DNA of 64,000 bases from Methanomicrobia archaeon DTU008 (lineage in GTDB: Archaea > Thermoplasmatota > Thermoplasmata > Methanomassiliicoccales > Methanomassiliicoccaceae), in assembly GCA_001512965.1 (NCBI GenBank), contig LFRW01000043.1:23287-87286 (forward strand), in the 5' to 3' direction. How positions within the stretch are numbered: the first letter of the stretch is position 1; the number at the start of each line of letters is the position of its first letter. A model generated the notes under the pieces. It had not been told where the DNA came from. It searched no databases and was given only the letters and a program-made list of their open reading frames with translations. The translations under genes and the position numbers were made by a program. Shown here in pieces: positions 17,103 through 23,971 of this stretch.

Positions 17103-18743
17103 TCAAGCGCGCTGGGTGACCTTGAGGTCGCCGAATCGGTACACCTTTTGAGGGCAGACCGACTCGCAGTGCTTGCAGGCCGTTCCAAGGCAGTGCTCGG
17201 TGGCGATCCTGATGGTGAAGTCGTGGGGGCCGCCCTCGAGCACCTGCAGCGCCCTCTCCGGACACTCCTCTTCGCACATCTTGCAGCCAATGCAGCCCTC
17301 GAAGCCGCCAGTGAGGTATACGCCGACATTGTCGAGGATGTGCAGCCCATGGTCGCCTATCACGGGGATGTCGGATACCACCAGACGCTTCATCTCCTTG
17401 GGGCGGACTATCGGCGGCAGAGGCTGGAGGCCGTTGCTCTTGAGCACCTCGTTATACATCTCCTCAGGCATCCCTTCCGCCCAGAACGCGATCTCGTTGA
17501 CATACATGTCCTCGAAGATCTTGCTGGTGGCGAACATGATGTGCTTCGACGCGATGGAGTCGGCGACCTTCTGCATCTCGTCGAGAGCAGAGTCGTCCCT
17601 GACTAGATCATATGCCATCATAAGCGAAGTGTTTCCCACCTGGACCGTGGCGTCTATGACCCGAGGCACCATCCCCACCCTCTGCGCCTTGAGCGGATCG
17701 ACATATGTGCCAGAGGCTCCCGCCAGGTACATGGTCTTGACATCGTTGTCCTTGATACCGACCTCTTCGATGAGCGTGCGGTGGCCTGCCCGTATGGCGC
17801 CCATGGCCTTTCCGGCCTCCGCCAGGTCGGTCTCGGAGAAGGTTATGCCATCCTGGAAGTGCAGTAGATGGTCGGGCGTCCTGATGCCCGGCAGCGAGAT
17901 GAGACCGGATTCGAGACCCACCGCCACTGCCGCAACTACTCCGGTGCCTGTGATGCCGCGTGCCCTGATGTCTGCCATCCGCTTCGACGTCCCGTTCGCC
18001 GGGTCGGTCAGGCTGCCCACAACGGGATGCAGGTTTGGATCCAGCACGACGTTTTTCCAGAGATCGTCCTCGCCGATGTTGAGGTCGGATATGGCGAACG
18101 GGGCTGCGAGCATCCCATGGTCGATGGCCTGCCCCTCCATGGCGGGACCCGCCGCGGCGGAGCCGCTATACAGCTCCCCGTCATGGAACAGCCCCATCTC
18201 GGCGTTCGTGCCATAATCGGTGACTATGCAGGTCTCCTTCTTTTCCAGTAGGCCGGACTTCATGATCATGGCCAGGGCGTCCGCCCCGATCTCATGTCGG
18301 ATCGCGGGAGGTATGACCACTTCAACCTCGGACCTCACAGATGTAAGGCCGAGATCGCCGGCCGTCGTCACGTGACCACGGCGCTCAGGAATCTTCACCT
18401 GGAGGCGTTTCAACAGCGACTGTCCGGCATATGCCAGGTCCCTGATCTCGATGTTCTCGAACATCGACACCTGGGCGGGATTGCCGCAGACCGCTATACG
18501 CTCGATCTCCTTGAGCGGTACGCCGTGAAGCTCTATGAGACGGCTCACGGTGTTCATTATGATGCTGTGACCCACCTCTGCCCCGTTCTCCAGCCAGAAA
18601 TGCAGATGGTCCATGATGTTTGCCCCTGGAAGGGGGTGTCTCATGGTGATCGCCGTCGAGACTATCTTGCCGTTTTTTGACAGGTCCACAAGGTGGGTCC
18701 TATAGCCACTTGTTCCTACGTCGAGTGCAACACCGTAGCCCAT
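17103..18743 (-). CDS. ramA: corrinoid protein reductive activase RamA (ASKHA ATPase + 2x[4Fe-4S] ferredoxin domain)
   Basis: 546 aa: ALDVGTSGYR, TDYGTNAEM and AGPAMEGQ (ASKHA fold). The C-terminus carries CIGCKMCEEECP and CLGTACKHCESVCP. Confidence 0.85.
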   Translation of the reverse strand: MGYGVALDVGTSGYRTHLVDLSKNGKIVSTAITMRHPLPGANIMDHLHFWLENGAEVGHSIIMNTVSRLIELHGVPLKEIERIAVCGNPAQVSMFENIEIRDLAYAGQSLLKRLQVKIPERRGHVTTAGDLGLTSVRSEVEVVIPPAIRHEIGADALAMIMKSGLLEKKETCIVTDYGTNAEMGLFHDGELYSGSAAAGPAMEGQAIDHGMLAAPFAISDLNIGEDDLWKNVVLDPNLHPVVGSLTDPANGTSKRMADIRARGITGTGVVAAVAVGLESGLISLPGIRTPDHLLHFQDGITFSETDLAEAGKAMGAIRAGHRTLIEEVGIKDNDVKTMYLAGASGTYVDPLKAQRVGMVPRVIDATVQVGNTSLMMAYDLVRDDSALDEMQKVADSIASKHIMFATSKIFEDMYVNEIAFWAEGMPEEMYNEVLKSNGLQPLPPIVRPKEMKRLVVSDIPVIGDHGLHILDNVGVYLTGGFEGCIGCKMCEEECPERALQVLEGGPHDFTIRIATEHCLGTACKHCESVCPQKVYRFGDLKVTQRA

Positions 18744-19155
18744 TGGTCTCTCCGGCCAGAAATCAGAACGGAGCTATAAAAAGAATAACACGAACAAGCC
18801 AGATGGCATAATGGACATTTCGTTGCGATCGGTCGATCGAACATCGGGGTTCTCTCGGCAGCATCGCGACCACATCGAGGTCATCACTTCGGCGGTCCAG
18901 GCGCTTACATGCCCGTTCCGGATCACTGCCATACCATCATCATCGCGGAACCGAGGAAAATCTGGATAACACCATGCGCCTAGCAAGTTGAGTTCCCCCA
19001 TGAGGATGGAGAGTTACGGCATAGTTCGACCATGCATCGCTTCCATTTGCCGCTATATATACGTAGCGTCTCGTCAAGAATCCAATGCGGCGAACAAATG
19101 ACGAGCTGACTCGCAACAGTGAAATGAAAATAAGAAAGGAATAAGGGGTTTCGGA

Positions 19156-19172
19156 AAACTGCAAGGCAGTTT
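19156..19172 (-). terminator. hairpin AAACTGC-N3-GCAGTTT overlapping the MT2 stop codon, followed by T-rich tract
   Basis: 7-bp perfect stem read directly. The minus-strand transcript continues TTTTCCGAAACCCCTTATTCCTTTCTTATTTTCATTTC. Confidence 0.4.
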
Positions 19173-20169
19173 ATCCCTTGATGGCCTTGACCATCGCCTC
19201 GATGTTCGCCTTGGGAACACGAGCGGCGAGACCGCAGCCAGGAGCGACGACGTTGAAGCCGGCGTTCTTGATGTCCAGGGCGTGCTCGCGGCACTCCTCG
19301 GGAGTTCCCTGAAGCAGCGGGCGGACGACACCCATGTTACCGACAAGGGCGGCGCGGCCAGCGACGAGCTCGACGGCCCTGTGGGGGTTTACCTTCTCCT
19401 CGATCGAGAGCGCATCTGCACCAGTGTCGATCATGTGGTCCAGGAGAATGGTGGTGTCTCCGCAGATGTGCAGGATCTTGAGAGCGCCCTCGGCACCCTC
19501 CCACGCGGTCTTGGTGTACGGCTTGGCGAACTCGTCGAACATCTCACCGGACAGCATGTCGGTGGAGGCGGAGGGGTCGCTCATGGCGATGACGTCAGCA
19601 CCAGCGGCGACAAGGGCCTGCAGGTACTTCTTCTCCATCTCAGCGGCCACCTTGATGAACTTGTGAACGGCATCGGGATCGGTGATCATCATGAGCAACA
19701 GGTTCTCGGTGCCGACCAGGTGGCCAGCGATGGTCAGGGGACCGGTGGTGCCCACGACGATCGGGAGCTCGTCGCCATACTGCTGCTTCAGCAGCTTGGT
19801 GGCCTCGATGACCGTCTTGACCCTGCCCTTCTCAAGGAAGTCCTCGGGGTAGACGGGGGTGTCCTCAGCGGTGTAGATGTGCTTCTTAACCATGGGGGTG
19901 CGGTCTACCTTGCCCAGGTCCACGAGGCAGCCAAAGGCCTCAGCCTCGACGGTCAGGCAGAACGGGATCCTGGCGTTCTCGAATCCAAAGACCTTGTAGC
20001 CAGCAGCTCCGAGCTCAGCCATCTGCTTGGCGTCGGTGTGTGCCTCGGGCCAGAAAGCACCAACAGCTTCCATCTGGTCAACGGTTACGGATTGGGTGAC
20101 GCATCCGACTGCGGGCCTGTCCAGCTCCTCACGCTTAAGTGCTGCAATGAACCTCTCTTTCGGGGTCGT
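19171..20169 (-). CDS. methylcobamide:coenzyme M methyltransferase (MT2, MtaA/MtbA family), apparent ACG initiation
   Basis: UroD-like MT2: the track ORF starts at ATG 20073 (MEAVGAFWPEAH...), yet the 32 in-frame codons upstream encode TTPKERFIAALKREELDRPAVGCVTQSVTVDQ, the conserved family N-terminus. The frame is closed by TAA at 20182-20184. The only candidate start is ACG 20167-20169, 6 nt after GGAGGT (20176-20181). Confidence 0.8.
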   Translation of the reverse strand, partial: TTPKERFIAALKREELDRPAVGCVTQSVTVDQMEAVGAFWPEAHTDAKQMAELGAAGYKVFGFENARIPFCLTVEAEAFGCLVDLGKVDRTPMVKKHIYTAEDTPVYPEDFLEKGRVKTVIEATKLLKQQYGDELPIVVGTTGPLTIAGHLVGTENLLLMMITDPDAVHKFIKVAAEMEKKYLQALVAAGADVIAMSDPSASTDMLSGEMFDEFAKPYTKTAWEGAEGALKILHICGDTTILLDHMIDTGADALSIEEKVNPHRAVELVAGRAALVGNMGVVRPLLQGTPEECREHALDIKNAGFNVVAPGCGLAARVPKANIEAMVKAIKG

Positions 20170-20214
20170 AGAATTACCTCCTTATCCAAAAGATTTAGTT
20201 GGCAATTGGAATAA

Positions 20215-20222
20215 CTATATAA
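20215..20222 (-). promoter_or_regulatory. TATA box TTATATAG for the MT2 gene
   Basis: Lies 46 nt upstream of the ACG at 20169. The predicted transcript start is near 20190, leaving about 20 nt of leader with the SD. Confidence 0.4.
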
Positions 20223-20393
20223 TTAGTTTTCGTCAATTTTGGTGAACAATCGTTGGTATCGGGAACAGTCTGGCTCATGTTCATGTTCGCTTTCAAAATG
20301 CGAGCGATATGTATCTTTTCATGGATGTAAGGAGGTCAAGGACATCACCCCCTTGAGTACATCTGGGAGAAGCGATATGATGGCCTTGAAGCA

Positions 20394-21341
20394 TCATTGC
20401 TCCGGCAACCGGCCGCCCCGGAAGTCGATATCGCTCCATGGGTCCTTCGAGGCCTTTTCCCATACGTTTCGTATGTTGAAGCTCCGTGGACCCAGGTCAG
20501 GATCGTCCAGTTCCTCCCACCGCAAGGGCGCTGCCACCGGAGCGCCGTCCCTTGCCCTGACAGCATACGGGGCCACCCCGGTCTGGGCATAGGCGTTGCG
20601 GAACACGTCCACAAGCAGACGGCCTTCCCTCTCCGTAACAGAGCGTTCCATCGTCAGCCTGTCATCCATCTGGACCATCTCATCCGCTATGCCCATGGCA
20701 TAGGACCTGACGGCATCGAAGTCAGCGGTGCGATCGAGCGGTACCACGACATGCATTCCTCTGGACCCCGTCGTCATGACGAAACCTTTCAGCCCATCGT
20801 CGGAAAGGAGCTCCCGCGCCAGAAGGGCGGCCTCCTTCACCACCTCGAAGTCATCATCGCCAGGGTCGAGATCGAGAATCATGCGATCCGGACATTCCGG
20901 ACGGTCCACGCGGCTCAACCATACGTGAGGGGTGATGCAGTCGAGGTTGGCTAGATAGACGAGGTCCGCGGTCTTCTCACACACCATGTGCCTCACATAT
21001 CCGCCCTGCTTGGGCATGTTCTCGGTTCGTAACCAGGAAGGCGCCCCTCGGGGTACGTTCTTCTGTATGAAGCCAGGGGCATCGATGCCATTTGGATGCC
21101 GTACCATAGACACCGGCCTCTCCTTGATGAATGGAAGCATGAACGGAGCTATGCGCCTGTAATAATCGACCAGGTCTGCCTTGGTATACCCATTGCGAGG
21201 AAACAATGGACGATCAGGGTTCGTGATATCGATCTCTATGATCCCAGGGGATCCTTCGACCTCGATATCGATACCGCATGAACTTGCATCCTCCCTCGGA
21301 TCATGCATTCGCCAGACCATGGGAGGACGATGGGTGCCCAT
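20394..21341 (-). CDS. stand-alone LigD-type polymerase/primase domain (NHEJ PolDom, AEP superfamily)
   Basis: 315 aa: ITNPDRPLFPRNGYTKADLVDYY, ERPVSMVRHPNG, ILDLDPGDD, FVMTTGSRGMHVVVPL, LVDVFRNAYAQTGVAPYAVRAR. No ligase, Ku or phosphoesterase domain is attached. Confidence 0.8.
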   Translation of the reverse strand: MGTHRPPMVWRMHDPREDASSCGIDIEVEGSPGIIEIDITNPDRPLFPRNGYTKADLVDYYRRIAPFMLPFIKERPVSMVRHPNGIDAPGFIQKNVPRGAPSWLRTENMPKQGGYVRHMVCEKTADLVYLANLDCITPHVWLSRVDRPECPDRMILDLDPGDDDFEVVKEAALLARELLSDDGLKGFVMTTGSRGMHVVVPLDRTADFDAVRSYAMGIADEMVQMDDRLTMERSVTEREGRLLVDVFRNAYAQTGVAPYAVRARDGAPVAAPLRWEELDDPDLGPRSFNIRNVWEKASKDPWSDIDFRGGRLPEQ

Positions 21342-21406
21342 AGCTTCTATAATCTATCACTCGCTCGGCTGCGACGATAGGAATCGATCGGAAAAGTAGG
21401 TTGAAA

Positions 21407-21425
21407 GGAGGGACGTGGTCCCTCC
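21407..21425 (-). terminator. GC-rich hairpin GGAGGGAC-GTG-GTCCCTCC downstream of the corrinoid gene
   Basis: Perfect 8-bp stem, 20 nt after the stop at 21445. Followed on the minus strand by TTTCAACCTACTTTTCC. Confidence 0.5.
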
Positions 21426-21444
21426 GTGGTTTGTGTGGTTATGT

Positions 21445-22083
21445 TTACTTCAGAAGGTTCTGGACGACCTGGACGGCCTCGACAGCGTCGTAAGCCCATC
21501 CATCGGCACCGATCTGAGCGGCGAACTCCTTGGAGGTAGCACCGCCACCGATGATGGTCTTCATCTTGCCCTTCAGGTTCTCCTCGGCGAGCATGCGCTC
21601 GATCTCCTTCATGGCCGCCAGGGTGGGGGTCATGAGGGTAGAGGCAGCAACAACCTGGGCCTCCTCGGCCTTAGCCTTCTCAACAATGTTCTTCACGGGC
21701 ACATCGCGGCCGAGGTCGAAGATGGTGAGTCCAGCTCCGGTCAGCATGGCCTTGACGATGTTCTTTCCGATGTCGTGCACGTCACCCTCGACGACAGCGA
21801 GGACGATCTTACCAGGAACGGCGTTTGCATCAACGACGAGCTTAGGCAAGGCAACGTCAAGAGACTGGTACATGGTCTGAGCGGACAGAAGGACCTGGGG
21901 CAGGAAGTACTGCTTGTTCTCGTACTTCTCGCCTACGACAGCCATGGCCTTGCTGAGGCTATCAAAGATGATGGTCTTAGCGTCGATGCCAGCAGCGAGT
22001 GCTTCCTCGGTGAGAGGTTTGGCCTCCTTGATCTTTCCCCTAATAACAACATCTGCTAGCTTTTCGAGTATCTCATTGCTCAT
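21445..22083 (-). CDS. methyltransferase-cognate corrinoid protein (MtaC/MtbC/MttC family), no adjacent MT1 gene
   Basis: 212 aa: EEALAAGIDA, FLPQVLLSAQTM, EGDVHDIGKNIVKAML (DxHxxG), VVAASTLMTPTL, IGGGA. Confidence 0.85.
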   Translation of the reverse strand: MSNEILEKLADVVIRGKIKEAKPLTEEALAAGIDAKTIIFDSLSKAMAVVGEKYENKQYFLPQVLLSAQTMYQSLDVALPKLVVDANAVPGKIVLAVVEGDVHDIGKNIVKAMLTGAGLTIFDLGRDVPVKNIVEKAKAEEAQVVAASTLMTPTLAAMKEIERMLAEENLKGKMKTIIGGGATSKEFAAQIGADGWAYDAVEAVQVVQNLLK

Positions 22084-22165
22084 GCTCTGATTCCCTCCGT
22101 AGTTATTCTACTCGGTTAAGGAGTTTCGAAATTGCATCAGGTTGCATAATAATAAACCCTTTTAT

Positions 22166-22182
22166 GGATGGATGATACATCC
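22166..22182. promoter_or_regulatory. near-perfect palindrome GGATGG-ATGAT-ACATCC upstream of the corrinoid gene
   Basis: One mismatch relative to GGATGG-N5-CCATCC. Lies 83-99 nt upstream of ATG 22083. Flanked by TTTTAT on the plus strand and TTTATTATTATG on the minus strand. Confidence 0.5.
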
Positions 22183-22335
22183 ACGAGGGCCGTCCTAGTT
22201 GTTTTCTAACATCTGACTAGCGATTCTGAGAACAACAATTGTTACATTGTTGCATGGCCGCAACGAGGGCATTGTGATTTTAAAAAATGCTGATTTCATC
22301 AATTGTTTGAGGTGATTCGTATGATTTATATTCCA

Positions 22336-23058
22336 TCATAGGCGGAGGCCTTCAAGCCCAGATAGGCATCCCAGGGGGAGCAGGCCTATGTCGGTGCAAG
22401 CGTAGATGTCCGCGGCACCGATATCCGCACAACGGAGTATCGGGGAGAGGCGATCGGTCGATGATGCCGTAAGGTCGGTCCCGCTGGCAAGAGGACTGAA
22501 GGCTGGTAGGACGATGATCCCCTCCTTCTTGAAATGCACGAAGCATGGGAGCTTGAGATAGGCGCCCACCCGGTCGACAAGCTTTATGGATGGGTGCTCA
22601 TGCCCCATTACCAGCGGCCGTTGGGCGCAATCGAAATGGCCGTGAACGATCGTGACCCCTCCTTGGAGAAGACTGTCCACCACGGGCATCTCGATCCTAG
22701 AGACTATGTTCTCCAGGTAGTTGTCATGATTCCCCTTCACCAGGACGACCTCGGTGCGGTCCGAGAGACCGTTCAGGACACTTCTTACATCCTTGAACTC
22801 CTGACCGAGATTTCGGCTGAACTCATGTTTTATGTCTCCAGCGACCACCAGCCTGTCAGGGTCATACAGGTCGACGATCCTGTTCAGCATCTCCTCGACG
22901 GCAGCGGTCTGTATGCGGGGTATGTGAATGCCATCATACTCAAGGGCGCTTTCATAACCGATATGGAGATCCGCGACGACCACCGCAGCATCCTCTGGCA
23001 TCCATAGACACCTATGCGAGGTTATCCTGATCCCGGGCATCAGTTCGATCTCTTCCAT
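22336..23058 (-). CDS. calcineurin-like metallophosphoesterase (SbcD/PdeM-like, archaeal small family)
   Basis: 240 aa: VVADLHIGYE, VVAGDIKHEF, VKGNHDN, VHGHF, GHEHP. Confidence 0.7.
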   Translation of the reverse strand: MEEIELMPGIRITSHRCLWMPEDAAVVVADLHIGYESALEYDGIHIPRIQTAAVEEMLNRIVDLYDPDRLVVAGDIKHEFSRNLGQEFKDVRSVLNGLSDRTEVVLVKGNHDNYLENIVSRIEMPVVDSLLQGGVTIVHGHFDCAQRPLVMGHEHPSIKLVDRVGAYLKLPCFVHFKKEGIIVLPAFSPLASGTDLTASSTDRLSPILRCADIGAADIYACTDIGLLPLGCLSGLEGLRL

Positions 23059-23182
23059 GCGATCCGATCCGGCCGCCTAGGGCGGCTTCTCCATGTTGAA
23101 AAAAGGGACGCTATTAGTATCTTCTTGAAGATGATGTATCTTCGTTGAAGCAACTTTCGAGCCTCCCTCCGAAAATGACTTC

Positions 23183-23971
23183 ATGGACCGATCCGTATGG
23201 GATGATATGATCCGTCGGACCTTTCTCATCCTCCCTTCCATCGGTTGCAAGACCGAGTCACGCCTATGGCGGTGTGGGATAGAGGATTGGAGCGATTTCA
23301 TCTCTGCCGATCGCATAGAAGGGCTATCTCAAACGAGAAAGGAGAAGATGGACAGGCAGTTGGGGCAGGCCGAGAGATTCCTGGACCGGCGCATCACCGA
23401 ATATTTCTGCCAGATGCTCCCCTCGACCGAGCATTGGCGCATGTTCGACCGGTTCAAGGACGACTGCGCCTATCTGGACATCGAGACGGATGGTCAGTAT
23501 GCCCATGCCAACGTGACCATGGTGAGCGTCCATCTCAGGGGGAGGACCACCACCCTCGTGAAGGGGGAGGACCTTGATGCCTCGAGCCTATCCAGCGCCC
23601 TGGAGGGCGCGAAGATGCTGGTGACGTTCAATGGATCCTCCTTCGACCTGCCCATCTTGCACTATCACTATCCCATGGCAGTGCCGAGACTGCCACATTA
23701 TGACCTGAGGCATGCCTGTCGGCGGGTAGGCCTCACCGGAGGGCTGAAGAGGATAGAAAGGGAGATGGGCATCGCCAGGCCAAGGGAAGTGGAGTACGTC
23801 ACCGGGGAGGAAGCGGTGTATCTCTGGAGAGCATGGAAGAGAAGCGGCAGCAAGAACGCCCTCAAGCTCTTGAAGAGATATAATCAGGAAGATACTGAGA
23901 ACCTCGTGCCGATAGCCCAGCGTATATATGAAGAGCTGAAGTTACGCACCCTGGATGTGGAGGACGGATGA
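23183..23971 (+). CDS. RNase H-fold 3-5 exonuclease-like protein (YprB/COG3359-like)
   Basis: AYLDIETDG (DEDD Exo I-like), LVTFNGSSFDLPIL, NQEDTENL. The start may be MIRRTF at 23207. Confidence 0.6.
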   Translation: MDRSVWDDMIRRTFLILPSIGCKTESRLWRCGIEDWSDFISADRIEGLSQTRKEKMDRQLGQAERFLDRRITEYFCQMLPSTEHWRMFDRFKDDCAYLDIETDGQYAHANVTMVSVHLRGRTTTLVKGEDLDASSLSSALEGAKMLVTFNGSSFDLPILHYHYPMAVPRLPHYDLRHACRRVGLTGGLKRIEREMGIARPREVEYVTGEEAVYLWRAWKRSGSKNALKLLKRYNQEDTENLVPIAQRIYEELKLRTLDVEDG

